DNA of 64,000 nt from Camelus ferus. Taxonomy: Eukaryota. The notes under the pieces were generated by a model that was given only the letters and a program-made list of their open reading frames with translations, was not told where the DNA came from and searched no databases. Position numbers and translations under genes: made by a program. Below, in pieces: positions 23,762 through 37,986 of this stretch. The stretch spans positions 72,232,001 through 72,296,000 of the forward strand of contig NC_045697.1 in NCBI RefSeq assembly GCF_009834535.1, written 5' to 3'. Positions within the stretch are counted from its first letter, which is position 1, and every line of letters begins with the position of its first letter.

Positions 23762-26700
23762 GAGCCCGGCCAAGTTGGTGGAGTAGGAAGACCCTGAGCT
23801 CACATCCTCTCATGAGCACACCAAAATTACAACTATTTGCAGAGCAACTGTTTATGAGAAAGACCAACATCTATCAGAAAAGATCTTTTGCAACCAAAGA
23901 TATAAAGAAGAAGCCACAACAAGATGGAGAGGAGAGGCAGAGTCACGTGTAGTCAGGCAAGACCCATATCCTTGGTGGCGACCCATGAATGGAAGAATAG
24001 CTAGAACAGCAGAGGTGCAAGGAGCGAGGGGTCTGATCCCCATCCTGGACTCCTCATCCCAGGGGTCCTGCACTGAGAAGATGAGCCCCCAGAATGTCTG
24101 ACTTTGAAGGCCTGCAGGGCTTACTTTCTGGAGTCCCAGAGGGCTGGGGGAAATAAATTCCACTCTTAAAGGGCACAAAATCTCACACACTTGGGGACCC
24201 AGGGCAGAAGCAGTAATTTGAAGGAGCCTGGGTCAGACTGACCTGCTGATCTTGGAAAGCCTCCCAAAGAGGGAGGAAGCAACTGGAGATCACCCTGGGG
24301 ATATAGACAGTGGCAAGTGCCATTCTGGAATGCTCCCTCTAGCTAATTAACACCAGGACCCCACCCCACCCACCAGCCTGTCCACACCAGTAGTGGGACA
24401 CTCAGGCCAAGAAACTAGCTTGACAGCGACAAAGCCCCAACTACCAGAGACAGGCTGCCTTAAGACCGCCTGAGCCCAAGGCACCTCAGGACACAGCCCT
24501 GTCCACCAAAGGGTCCAGGGCCTGGCGCCACACAACAGTGCATAAGCACTAGCCCAGGATCCCCTGGGCACCAACCAGCCACCAATGGGCAGACACCAGC
24601 CCCAGGATCACTGCAGCCCTGCACCTGCCTTGTTAGGACACAGCCAGAACACCAGCAGATTGGCACCAACCCGGGGACCCTTCAGACCCCAGCCCCATCC
24701 ACCAGCAGACCAACACCAGCTCCAAGAAACCTTGAATGTCTCAGCCAGCTGCCCTGGGATTAAGCCCCACTCACCGAAGAGGCAGTACCAGGTTTGGGAT
24801 ACCCCCAGATCCTGCAGCCAGGCAGCCAGCCATGTCAGGAACTGGCCCTACACATGAGCAGGCCAGTATTAGAACCAGGAACCCCGGTCCTGCAACCACC
24901 CACCCTAGAACCGAGCTCTGCTCACCAGTGAGCCAGCAGTAGCCCTGGGACCCCTAGGGTTCTGAAACCAGCAGCCTCATGACCCAGCCCCATCAATCAG
25001 TGGCCAGTAGGCCACCTACAGGCAGGGCCCAGGAACCAATTGGGCTGAGTGCCAGCCATGCCTACCAGACCACTGACAGTAGTCTGCCCACCACACAGAA
25101 GGACCTGTGCAGCCCACATTAGGGTGCACCCCTAGAGCATATAGCTCTGGTGACCAGAGGGGAGTGTGCTGCTGAGATGCATAGAACATCTTCTAAAAAG
25201 GGCACTTCTCCAAGCTCAGGAAATATAACCAACCTACCAGATACATAGAAATAAAAAGAGCAAGTTAGGCAAAATGAGGCAACAGAGGGTATGTTCCAAA
25301 CAAAGGAAGGAGATAAAGCCTCAGAAGAGCTAACTGAAGTGGATAGGCCATCTGCCCAAGAAAGAGTTCAAGGTAATGATCATAAAGATGATCAAAGGAC
25401 TCAGGAGAAAGAATGGATGACTACAGTGAGAAGTTTAACAAAGAGAAGATATAAAGAAGAACTAAACAGATGGAACATACAACTGAAATGAAAAATACAC
25501 TAGAAGAAATCAACAGTAGATTAAATGATAGAGAAATGGATCAGGGAGATGGATGAAAAAGGAATGAAAAGAAAATAGGACAGTTTAAGAGACCTCTAGG
25601 ACAACAAGTGTACTAGCATTTGCATTAGAGGGGTCCCAGGAGAAGAAAGAGAAAAAGGCAGGGAACATACTTGAAGACACAATAGCTGAAAACGTCCCTA
25701 ACCTGGGAAAGGAAACAACCAGGTCCTAGAACATAGACAGTTCCAAACACAGACCAAGCCAAAGAGGTCCTCACCAAGATACACTGTAATTAAAATGGCA
25801 AAAATTGAAGAGAATATTAAAAGGTAAGGGAAAAGCAACACATGATAAGGACACTCCATAAGGCTATCAGCTGATTTTTCAGCAGCTCTGCAGGCCAGAT
25901 GGGACTGACATGATAAATTTACAGTAATGAAAGGGAAAAACCTATAAACAAAAATACTCTACTTGGCATGACATTCATTGAGATTTGATGGAGAGATTAA
26001 AAGTTTTACAGACAAAGCCTAAAAGAATTGGGCACCACCAAACCAGCTTTACAAGAAATGGTAAAGAGACTTCTCTAAGTGAAAAAGAAAAGGCTACAAA
26101 TAGAAACATGAAAATTATGAAAGGAAAAAGCTCTTTGGTAAAGGCAAACACAAAGTAATAACAACCATGTACAAAGCCAGTAGGAAGGTTAAAAAATAAA
26201 AGTAGTAAAGTCATCTATACCCACAATAATTAGTCAAGGGATATACAAAAAGGTATAAAATATGGTAACAAAAACAGTAATCATGGTGAGAACAGGAGAG
26301 TAAAAATTCAGGGTTGTTAAAATCCACTTGAAATTAAGAGATCAGCAACTTAATCATGTATTATGTTATATTATATAGATTGCTATATATAAATTTCATG
26401 GTAACCACAAAGCAAAAATCTACAATAGATAAATACCAAATAAAGGGAAAGGAATCCAAACACTAAAAATAGTCATCAAATCAAAACGGAAGAGAACAAA
26501 AGACAGGAACAAAGAGAGCTACAAAAACAAACCCCCCCGCCAAATTAACAAATTGGAAGTACATATCTATCAATAATTACTTTAAAAGTAAATGGACTAA
26601 ATGCTCCAATCAAAAGATACAGAGTGGCTGAATGGATACAAAAGCAAGATCCATATATATGCCATCTATAAGAGACTTCAGATCTACAGACACACACAGA

Positions 26701-27797
26701 CTAGAAAGTGAGGAGATGAAAAAAGGTATTCCACACAAATGGAAGTCAAAAAAAGCCAGGGAAGTAATATTTATGTCAGGCAAAATAGGCTTTAAAAAAA
26801 CCTGTTACAAGAGACAAAGAAGGACATTATATAACAAGAAATCAATCCAAGAATATATAACAAATGTAAACAGCTATGCACCCAGCATTGGAGTATTACA
26901 TACATAAAGTGAATATCAACAGACGTAAAGGGAGAAATTGGCAATAACACAGTAAGAGTGGGGACTTTAACATCTCACTTACATCAATGGACAGATTATC
27001 GAGACAGAAAATCAATAAGGAAACATTAGCTTTAAATGACACATTAGACCAAATGGACTTAACATATATATAGAACATTCCATCCCAAAGCAGCATAATA
27101 CATTCTTTTCAAGCATAAATGGAACATTCTCTAGTAGTAGTTTGGTGCAGCCACTATGGAAAACAGGATGGAGGTTCCTCAAAAAACTAAAAATAGGACT
27201 ACCATATGATCCAGCAATCCCACTCCTGGCTACACATCCAAAGAAAATGAAAACACTAATTTGGAAAGACACATACACTCCAATGTTCTTAGAAGCATTA
27301 TTTACAACAGCCAAGCTATAGAAGCAACCTAAGTGTCCATCAACCCATGAACAGATAAAGAAGATGTGGTATATATACACGATGGAATATTACTCAGCCA
27401 TAAAAAAGAATGAAATAATGCCATTTGCAACAACATGGATGGAGCTGGGGGGTATTATGTTTAGTGAAATAAGTCAGACAGAAAGATAAATACTGTATGT
27501 TATCGCTTATAGTGTAGTCAGAAAAATAAATGAGTGAATAGAACAGAAAGACTCACAGATATAGAGAACTAGCGGTTACTAGTGGGGGCGGGGCAAGATA
27601 GGGATAAAAGACTAAGAGGTACAAACGACTATGCATAAAATAAGCTACAAGGATATATTGTACAGCACAGGGGATATAGCCAATATTTTATTACTTTCAA
27701 TGGAGTATAGTCTATAAAAAATTTGAATTACTATATTGTACACCAGAAGCTAACTATAAACCAACTATACAATAAAAAAGAGATAAATTTTTAAAAA
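23762..27797 (+). mobile_element. L1 with 5' UTR, decayed ORF1, endonuclease part of ORF2, a large internal deletion, then the 3' end
   Basis: GC-rich 5' UTR and ORF1-like sequence. ORF2 begins near atatctatcaataattactttaaaagtaaatggactaaatgctccaatc. It jumps at about 27134-27141 to tttggtgcagccactatggaaaac, then 3' UTR and A tail. Confidence 0.9.
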
Positions 27798-29705
27798 ACA
27801 CAGCTAGTTAGAACTCAAAGTCCCCTTTTCCCATAGGCACAAAATCCTCTGAGCAGAACAAAACTACCACTATCACAACATGGCTGGCAAGTTCAGTCTG
27901 GAGAGCATCCAAACCCAAGACAATTAATGACAGGTCCTCAAACAGAGCTGGAAGCTGTCGAGGACCTATAGAATCCTGCCACCTGTCGGCATTCTAGTAT
28001 GCTAACCGCACAAACTAAAAAATATTTCAGCATGCCTCTATTTCAGAAAGAGATCCTTCTCCATAAAACAGTGCACCGCGAAACAACTTGAGAGGGAGGG
28101 GGAGAGAGAGGATAGGGGAAGTGCTTTCAGCCTTCACCAGCGCAAGCTGTTAAGATTGAGGAACATGGTTTTGAGGTTCAGCTAGGACTAATTTCTTTAG
28201 GTTTGGCAAAATATCAACTCTCTAGTACTTCAGTTCAATTCCAACTCTTAGTATTTCCCCTTAAAAGTAACAATGGTGGGGGAAGGGAGGAGAGGCCTTT
28301 CCAATTAGATCTACAAAAAGAATGAGAACTTATATTTGCAAAATTTTCTCATAAATGGAAGATTGCTCAGACCTGAGGTAATTTACACACTCTCCAGTGT
28401 GACATCCATCACAAGGGAAAGGCTTCAGCAATCAAGGCCACAAGCAGAAGACACTCAGGAGAACAATAATCGAAGCAAAATGTCTCAGTGATACACACCC
28501 TAGTTACTAATCAGTGACAAAGTCTGGATGCCAACAAAATAGTCTGCAGAACCGTGAAAATACTACATGATTTCTGGCTTTGCCATTAGCTCTGTATCCA
28601 TTCAAGTTTATAAGCCAAGCAAAACGCCCAGGTAGATTTTCAAGATATAACTATAAATGAGACAGATTTTTTAAAAAGAAATAAGAATCTGTAGATTCCA
28701 GGCAGCTACTGATCCCTTTCAAGTGTCACCATTTGATAAGAGGTGGCACACCTCCTCTACCTGCACACACTACAAGCCAATTAGGCAGAATTAAACAGAG
28801 GCTCTGAGGCTCCTGAGAGCAGGAGCAGATATAACACAACTTGTCACAGCTTTTCCCTGGCACTTGTTTTTTCTAACAGGTCCAGGAGAGGGTGACCCTC
28901 TCCATGAACACGTTCTCCTGCTAGAGTTTAGGAAACAGACACATTCTTGCTCTGCCCTCATACTCTGGTACCCTTTTTGAAGAACACAGATAGGGTCATT
29001 TAAGGCAATAGTTACAAATGCTGGGCTCTCCTGTTTCTTGAACCAAACGCAGCTTCAGAAGTCCACAACCTCATCCACAGACAGAAAGCCGGGTCAGGCT
29101 CTAAGTGTCTCTGAACAACATCTCCTTGTCCAGCTTAAGCGTCCCAGAAAGCCACTGCCCCACAGTTCACCCCTGATTCTCATTCAATACCCTTTTATCT
29201 GGTTGGTGCCGATAAAGAGTTTGATCAGGGAAAGCTGATCAAGACTAGAGTTCCCTGCAGGAGGTGATCGGCCCTAATCAAAGCACGTGGGCAACGAGCC
29301 CCATGGCTCTGCATTCAGCTTGTTTAAGAGCCTCTCTCAGCAAAACGGCCTTGCCTCATTTTTGACCCAAAACTTTGGTTCACATTATTAACTGAACTTG
29401 GCTTCAAATCACCCATAGTGATGGCCAACGATTCATTACTACTTCTTAATTTTTCAAATAGATGGAATAATTCAAACTACAGGTACCATGCCAGTCACCC
29501 CACCTGTTGCTCGTTGAATGGGTTCAACTAATAACCCTTCCGGCTTGGATTTCTGTCTCTACTCCCCTTCCCCTCAAGAGATAAAAAGGGCAAAATAAAA
29601 GTGACCTTATCGACTTGAAGGGGAGTCAGCAAAGGGACATTTTTAACACTTAGCTGAACCCACCTTTCACTTGGTTGAATTCTCCTAAACAGAAAAAGGG
29701 ATGCT

Positions 29706-29824
29706 GGGGGAGAAGGGTATAGCTCAGTGGTGGAGTGCATGCCTTGCATGCATCAGGTCCGGGGTTCAATCCCCCATACCTCCATTTAAAAACTAAATAC
29801 ACCTAATTACCTCCCACCACAAAA
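29706..29824 (+). mobile_element. vic-1-like tRNA-derived SINE
   Basis: GGGTATAGCTCAGTGG...GGTTCAATCCC head plus ACCTAATTACCTCCC tail. Confidence 0.85.
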
Positions 29825-30086
29825 GAGGTACTTATGTAAATGCTCCTTTTGCCCTGGAAAGTCCTCTTCAAAATTCTAAGGAACAGTTGGTAGATACAGG
29901 GCTGAGATCTTCGTGCATGAAACTTTCCCTCCGTTCACCTGCTTTTGTAACTGCACAGCACAGAACTCATGAGGTTCCTAGAAAAAGCGAAGGCGGCTGG
30001 GGTAGTGGCAGGTCCTAGCCAGAGAGCCTCCTCTCCCTGGAGCTCTGCTTGGGTTGATCTGACCCCTCCAGCTCTGTGCTCTCTCA

Positions 30087-30380
<294 letters not shown>

Positions 30381-31344
30381 TTAATCAAATTGAATAAATA
30401 AGGGAATTTAATTAGTAGCATACATACCACTATTATACTAGATCTGAAACTAACCCCTGAGCATGAGAAAGTGTAACAGCTGGGCTTGGGGGAGGCTTGG
30501 TGTCTCGTTTATTCTAACAATGGGTAATCACAGAAATAGGATGGAGTAGAAGGTTCTTTGATCGTGTAGGCAATGACTGAAAACAAATACCGATTCCAGA
30601 ACAAAAGCTGTATGTCCTTGGCAGTGATGGGTTTGACTAATGTGTTCACAGCTGTTAAGGAAATGTTTTATTAGAAAAAAATCTATAGGAAAAGAACATC
30701 ATGACTCTGATATTGTCAAATCCCTAACCCCTTTTCCCTAGTCAAGCAATTGCTTTTATACCATGACTTTTGATAGCATGACTTTTGATAATGTAACATT
30801 TCTTATGAATGCAATTCCTTCCTTATAGCAGAACAGATGGTAAATTGCAGCAGAGAGACAAGTAAATTTAGTTCTTGTTTCAGAGGCACAAAAGAACTTC
30901 ATGCAGGACCCTTAATTACTGTCATCATCATTGAAAAATCAGTCTCCTTTATTGCTGCTGCTACTGACACTGGGCATCACATGCTCTCAGCTCGGAGCTG
31001 TAGTTAGAAGAGGCTCACAAATAAGGGGTCATTGGGCTCATCAGGAGAGATCACCAAAAAGAACCTGGAGAGGCGATCCCAGCTGTAAGGAATCCCCAGT
31101 CAGAAAAAAGGACGGACTTAGAGTAGGGCCTGGATTTTCACAAAGGAGGAAAAAGAAGTCTGCAGACATGGCCACAGAGACTAAGCCCAGGTGCTTTCTT
31201 GTAAAGCTAGAAAATCTCCAGTGAAGGCAGAACCTTTAGGCAGAGAAGGGCTGGCTACTGAGCAAATCACAGATGAAGTTACAGCTTACATGAGGCAGAG
31301 CTGTAAAGCCCTAGAAGGGTCAGGCAAGAAGAAATCACGACCAT

Positions 31345-31950
31345 TTGATAAATACTGAGTAACTACCTACATGTGTGTTGTATGCTTGTAATGGTTAAGC
31401 CCCACTCCCAGCAAAAAAAGACAGCCCACCCTCGTGGAGCTTACTGGCTTGTGTAGAAGACAGGCCTTAATCAAAGAATCACACAAATATATGTAAATTT
31501 TAAACAGTGATAACTGCTAAGAAGGAGAGGTGCTCAAGGTTAGGAGCTGGATAGCAGGGCAAATGGGCTTAGCTGAGGGGTGAGGAATGGCCGCAAAGTA
31601 GAGGATAGAAAAGAAGAGAGGGCAGAACCTTGCAGCCAGAGAGGATGGCGTGTGGCGAGAGGAGGGCGCACAGCGGAGAACTGAAAGAAGGCCAACGGGG
31701 CCCGAGCTCAGAAACGCAGCAGCAAAGGAAGCAAGGCTGGTGGGAAGCAGGGGCAGACCTGGGAAGGTTTGGGATGGAGCCTAAAGGCAACTGGAAGTCA
31801 CGGAGAGCTTTTCAGTGAAAGGCAGAAGTGGCCAGATTTGCATTTCCAACAGGCGACTCTGACCACGAAAAGGAGTCAGGGGCTAGAGTGGATTTACGAA
31901 GGCCACTTAGAAAGCTCTTACCATCTTCCAACAAATAGACGACGCCAGCT
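31345..31950 (-). mobile_element. L2 fragments
   Basis: Motifs aaatactgagtaactacc, agacagcccaccctcgtggagcttac and agatttgcattt. Confidence 0.55.
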
Positions 31951-32185
31951 GTGAGCAGGTAGAGAAATGCCTTTCTCTTTCAGACACCAGACCACTGGGA
32001 CCATAGCGGTGATGATAGGCAAAAAATACTCGAAAGACTGTCACAGAGCAGCCAGGGCACCAACTCAAAACAACCACAGGACACTATCTGAATAGATTAG
32101 TCTAACAAACACTGAGTCAGAGGGAAAACATAGAAAAATAGGCCTAAAAACTATGATCTATGACAGTCAAGTTAGTCTGCAACTA

Positions 32186-32639
32186 TGAGATGGGCTGGGA
32201 CCTGGGACCCTTTACCAGAGTCCTTGTACCTAGACAAACATCTCCTTGAGCAACAGAATACAAAGAAATTACAAGAGACTGAAAATAACTGCACTCTAGC
32301 ACAGTTGGGGCAATTATGAACAAAGATACAAAAAGGCTACAAACCAACAGCCGTGTCTGAGGTGCCAGGAGCACAAGCAGGGCGCTGCGCGTCACCCCTG
32401 CACACAGCACCACCACCTAAGTTGTACCTCCTGCCCGACTCACTGACCCGCCCCCACCCTCACCCCATTTAAGGAAGCACCTGGCCCCACCCCCTCGGGG
32501 AGTGAGCAAAGGCACCTGTTTCTTGTTTTCACTCCCTCCGGCTGCAGCACTAGTCCCAGCAAAGCCTTGCCTGAATTTCTCCTCTGGCTTCTTATCAATT
32601 TCTATTGATTAAAGAATCCAAGGACCCGGGTCAGTAACA
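32186..32639 (+). mobile_element. ERV1-type solo LTR (about 454 bp)
   Basis: TGAGA...TAACA termini, a near-TSD ACTA/ATTA, GC box, TTTAAG TATA-like element, and a U5-like end (aaagccttgcctgaatttct...gtaaca). Confidence 0.75.
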
Positions 32640-33892
32640 ATTAGACCCAGGATTTCTAACCACTTTCCTTATAAACATACCAATCTTGTCTGAACTAAAC
32701 TAAAGAAGAAAAGAGATTTATCTACTTCTAGGCCTGGACAGCTAGGCACGGAGAAATCAAGCCCCTTGACGAAGCGTTCACGTGTTTGCTGAGTTTACTG
32801 CACCAAATCAGTGCTGCAGAGCAGCTTTTGGAAAGTTCAGGGAAAATGAAGCAGCCAAGTGAAATCTCAGTGGAAACAGATCTGAAGGCAGCACCGATTA
32901 TCAATCCATGCCCACTGGAGATTGCGCCTCACATCAGCATGGAACGTAACCTTTCTGTTTCTTTTAAAAATCTGATAACACCTGAACTTATTTAAATCAC
33001 CTGAGCTTCCAAACAATGCTCCCACCAACAGAGCTAAAACTGACCTGTGGGCACAAAATCAAGCCAGCCCCAGTCCCTGCGCCTGCAGCACACTCCCCCA
33101 AGGCACTGAACGACAAGAAGTCTCTGTTCTCAGGCTGAGACTCTTGAAAAATCAGCCATGGCCTTATGGACTGTGCATGAAGGGATCTCAGAGGAGAAGA
33201 TGGGGAAGCCCTCATCGCACCAACGAGGAACAACATGGGGAGAGGCATTCTGGTCACCAGACATTCCAGAAGCTGCTGGCCCAACCCTCACAGGCCAAGC
33301 AATGCTCAGTGAACGGCAACCACCATAGACACTCCACCGTGGGTGCTGACCCACAGTTCTGGAACTCCCAGGACCCGCAGTAGCTCCGAGTCTGGGCCAT
33401 TCCTGATACACCAAAGAAGCCAAAGAACCTGCAGCATTCTGCTGTGGGACTTGGTTCAGCATGGACTCGGGAGTGGAATGGAGGGAGGGACATCACTCAG
33501 GAAGTTTGGGCCTCAAATCACTTTCCTTGGATTCAGATTTATAAAATAGGGTGAATAGGAGAAAAGTAAAAAACAGAATTTTGAGGTGAGAAACAAAATA
33601 TCAGTGTCTACCCAAGTAGGAAATTAAGTCATCTCTTTCAGGCAACAATGAAAACGTCCAGGGCAAAGACATACCTACTGAACCAGTCATTCTCATGCTG
33701 ACTGGGTCTTATCCAAAGGATGACTAGGTGTTTTACAGACTGCCTTGGTAGAGGTGGCCTGTGTTTTCTTCACAGTGAATTTAAGTGTCTTTTCAGAGGA
33801 AAAAAATCTGATGAGCAGCAGGTTATTTACAATGCTCCAAATTCTTTCCCGATCTTTATGTTAACATATATTGTAACTCAGAGAGATTTTTC

Positions 33893-35165
33893 TAATTTTT
33901 TTTTATTGAATTGCAGTTGACTTACAATGCTGTATTAGGTTCAAGTGTGCAGTAAAGTGATTCAGTTATACGTATATAAATATATTCTTTTTCAGATTCC
34001 TTTCTATTTTAAATTATTACAAAGTACTGAATATAGTTCCCTGTGCTATACAGTAGGTCCTTGTTGATTCTCTACTTCATATATAGTAGTGTGTATATGT
34101 TAATCCCAAACTCCTAAGTTATCCCCAACTCCTTTCCACTTTGGTACCCACAGTTTGTTTTCTCTGTCTGTGAGTCTATTTCTGGTTTGTAAATAAATCC
34201 ATTTGTATCTTTTTTTTAGACTTCACATATAAGTGATATCATATGATATTTGTTTTTGACTTAACTTCACTTAATATGATAATCTCTAGGTCCATCCATA
34301 TTGCTGCAAATGGCATTATTTCATTTTTATGGCTGAGTAATATTCCATTGTATGTATACACTACATTTTCCTTATCCATTTATCTGTTGATGGACATTTA
34401 GGTTGTTTCTATGTCTTGGCTATTGTAAATAGTGCTGCCGTGAACATTGGGGTGCATGTATCTTTTCAAATTAGAGTTTTCATCTTTTCTGGATATATGC
34501 CCAGGAGTAGGATTGCTGGATCATATGTAACTCTATTTTAGTTTTTTAAGGAAACTCCATACTGTCCTCCATAGTGGCTGCACCAATTTACATTCCTACC
34601 AACAGTGTAGGAGGGTTCCCTTTTCTCCACACCCTCTCCAGCTTTCATTACTTGTAGACTTTTTAATGATGGCCATTCTGACTGGTGTGAGGTGATACCT
34701 CATTGTAGTTTTGATTTGTCGTTCCCTAATAATTAGCAATATTTAGCATCCTTTCATGGGCCTGGTGGCCATCTGGATGTCTTATTTGGAGAAATGTCTG
34801 TTTAGGTCTTCTGCCCATTTTTTGATTGAGTTGCTTGGTTTTTTGAGATTAAGCTGTATGAGCTGTTTGTATATTTTGGAAATTAATCCCTTGTCAGTAA
34901 TATCATTTGCAAATATTTTCTCCCATTCTGGAGGTTGTCTTTTTGTTTTGTTTGTGGTTTCCTTTGCTGTGCAGAAGCTTTTAAGTTTAGTCAGGTCTTA
35001 TTTACTTATTTTTGCTTTTATCTCCATAACTCTAGGAGACATGTCAAAAAATATATATGGCTGTGGTTTATGTCAAAGAGTGTTCTGCCTATGTTTTCCT
35101 CTAGGAATTTTAGAGTATTCAGTCTTACATTTAGGTCTTTAATCCATTTTGAATTTATTTTTACA
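33893..35165 (-). mobile_element. 5'-truncated L1 (ORF2 end plus 3' UTR), sense to MANBA
   Basis: Poly-T, then the reverse complement of the L1 3' UTR. Translates [32 protein letters not shown] on -. Confidence 0.92.
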
Positions 35166-35477
35166 TAAGTCATATAAAGTTCTAATTTTGTATTCTGTGC
35201 TCGCTTAATTTTCATATATGTACATTTCCATGCAATGTGCCTACATTTTCTATATATCTGTTTTTAAATGGCTATATAGTTATGTCATTGGTCGATTAGT
35301 TATTCTCCAATAATTATGAGGCTTTTGAATGATCTCCCGTTTTTTCTTTAAATACAAGAGCTAAGAACATTTTATGTTCAAATTAATTTCTTCGCTTCTT
35401 GTGTTGTCTCTTTTGGTAATAACATACAACACATTTCAAAGTCCCAGTTGAATATTGCTATATTATGTCCCAGTCAA

Positions 35478-35698
35478 GAGGCTAACATAAACTGGTGGTG
35501 TCCCGGCTGCACTCAGCCCCACTCAGGGTTTAACTGGCTCACAGAGAAGGTGTTTTTTGTTTCTTATTGTTGATGGTGTTGTTTAATGTCTTAAGTCAGA
35601 GACTGTATGCTCTTTTCTGCCACAATCCCCAACATTCAAACTCTTATCCATTTAAATTACCTACCTGGCCCATAAAAACATTTGAGTTTTCAATCCCT
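35478..35698 (+). mobile_element. hAT-Charlie MER102-like element
   Basis: The end ttacctacctggccc...catttgagttttcaatccct resembles the MER102 terminus as I recall it. Confidence 0.4.
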
Positions 35699-37494
35699 AA
35701 ATGATTCCAATTCTCAGAACTACCTGCAAAATTTATCTATTTCTGTATATCTATTCTAAAATTTCCTTGCTGTAATTTACCTTTTCTGGTTTAACAGGTA
35801 AACATTAGTAATCCTGCAGAATTTTTAAACTTAAAAAAAATTTTTTAAATGCAAGCAGGACCCCTAACCCTGGCTAGAAATGAAAGGAAAGGAGCAGTAG
35901 GTGAGCTCTAACTAGTAGCCTACCACCCCTGAACTCAGTGTGAAAGTCATAACCAGGGCTCTTCAGTGCTCCGGGCTCTGACAGGTGCACTGTGCCGTGC
36001 CTATTATGTGGATCTGGGATACCCAAACCAGTGGGTGCCAGTCAGGGCTAATGAATGACACTTTTGTCCATAAAAATGCAGAAGCCCACTGCCCGCTCTC
36101 CGACTTAAAGGGAAAATGTATAATCCTACTTCCCTGGAGAAAAATCTCTGGCACTGCCTCTTTCCCGTTAAAAACTGTACCTATTTTATATACTCATGCA
36201 TCCTTTCCTAAAGAGGGCAATCTCTACATTCAAGAAGGATAAATGCTTAGTCATTTTCTAGGTTACTCAATCCTGCTGTTAGCAGACAAATCTTATTTTT
36301 GTTTCAAAAATATGCCTATTTTCAGCAGCTTGCTTGATTATACTTAGGAAATCAGTCTCCTTAGAGAAACAGATGGTATAGGAAAAAGAAATTGGACCAG
36401 GACACCAAGACCTAGGTTCCAATTCCAGCTCTGCCACTGTGATGAAGGTTGCTGGCTGTCTACAGAAGCCCCTCATCCACTTCTGCCAGAGCGACAGAGC
36501 TGTAGCTCAGCTACACGCTCAGAATCACACCCTCTACCCTTGGATCCAGGGGAGCCGTGTGATAAGTTCTCCTGCTACAGTGGTATTTATATACTTTATG
36601 TACTTAAAATTATCCTGACAATAAGAATCAGAAGAATGAGTGAATCAATTTTCAAAATAAAATTTTTTTGAATTTCATAAAATATTATGCAGCCATTAAA
36701 AGGGATGAATTATAGCAAAACAGGGTGACTTCGTTTGGATTTCTATGAAGTAATATTCAGTGAAAAATCTAGCTGCAGAGATGTATAGTACTGTATTTCT
36801 GTAAATAGTACTAATAAACAATGACTAAAATTTTTAAAAAGAATCATCCAATAAAGCCATTTTTTTAATTGGATATAATTCATACCACACAACTCACCCT
36901 TTTACAGTTTACAACTCATTGGTTTTTAGTATAGACACAGATTGTGCATCTCCCTCCACTACTTAATTCCAGAATGTTTTCATCATCCCCCCAAAAAATC
37001 AGTGAACAGTGCCTCCTCATTCTCCCCTCTCCTCTGCTTCTGGAAACCACTCAATTACTTTCTGTCTCTATGGATTTGCCTCCTCTGGACATTTCATGTA
37101 AGTGGAATATACAATATGTGGCCTTTTGTGACTGACTTCCTTCAGTTAGCCTCAAGTTTTCAAGGTTCATCCAGGTTGTAGTGTGCACCAGTATTTCAAA
37201 CCTTTTTATTGCTGATAATATTTCCTTGTATGGATATGCCACATTTTGTTCATCCACTCATTGGTTGATAAACACTTGGATTAACTCTTTGGCTATTATG
37301 AACATTTGTGCACAAGTTTTTGTTTGAACATGTTTTCAATTTTCAATTTCCTATATACCCAAGAGTAGAATTTGTGTGTCCTCCGGTAACTCTATCTAAC
37401 TTTTTGAGAAAACCACAAACTTTTCCACAGCAGCTGTACCATTTGACATTCCCACCAGCAGCATATGAGGGTTCCAGTTTCTCCACATCCTTAC

Positions 37495-37986
37495 TGTGAT
37501 GGTTAACTTTATATATGAACTTGACTGGACTAAGGGATGCGTAAACAGCTGGTAAACACTATTCTGGATGTGTCTGTCAGGATGCTTTTAGTGATTCAAT
37601 AGACTGAGTAAAGACGGTCCATCCTCACTAATGACAGTGGGCAGCATCCAATCGGCTGATGGCCTGAATAGAACAAAAGGGCAGAGAAAGGGCAAGTTCT
37701 CTCTTCTCTAGAGCTGGGACACATCTTATCCTGCCCTTGGACACTGGAGCTCCTGGTTCTTGGGCTTTGGAACTCCAGGACTTACACCAATGACATCTCA
37801 ATTTTCAGGCCTCCAGACTCAAACTGAATTACACCACCGGCTTTCCTGTTTTCCTTCCTCTAGATAGCAGACTGTAAGACATCTCGGCCTCTATAATCAT
37901 ATAAGCCAATTCCTATAATAAATCTCTTTTATATGTCTGTATATATCACTTCGGTTCTGTTTCTCTGGAGGATGCTGACCAATACA
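37495..37986 (+). mobile_element. MLT2 (ERVL) LTR inserted in L1
   Basis: TGTGATGGTTAAC...GGTTCTGTTTCTCTGGAG...AATACA, with a 5-bp near-TSD CTTAC/CTTAA. Confidence 0.88.

Noticed and set aside
23942..23950. CLEAR/TFEB-like TCACGTG motifs (also about 32778 and about 59761) in a lysosomal gene
   Set aside because: They are scattered, far from the promoter, and two lie in L1 sequence, so they are consistent with chance.
30762..30790. Short tandem duplications (CATGACTTTTGATA twice; similar ones at about 48980 and about 61742)
   Set aside because: These are ordinary slippage duplications with no repeat-spacer structure, so they are not CRISPR-like.
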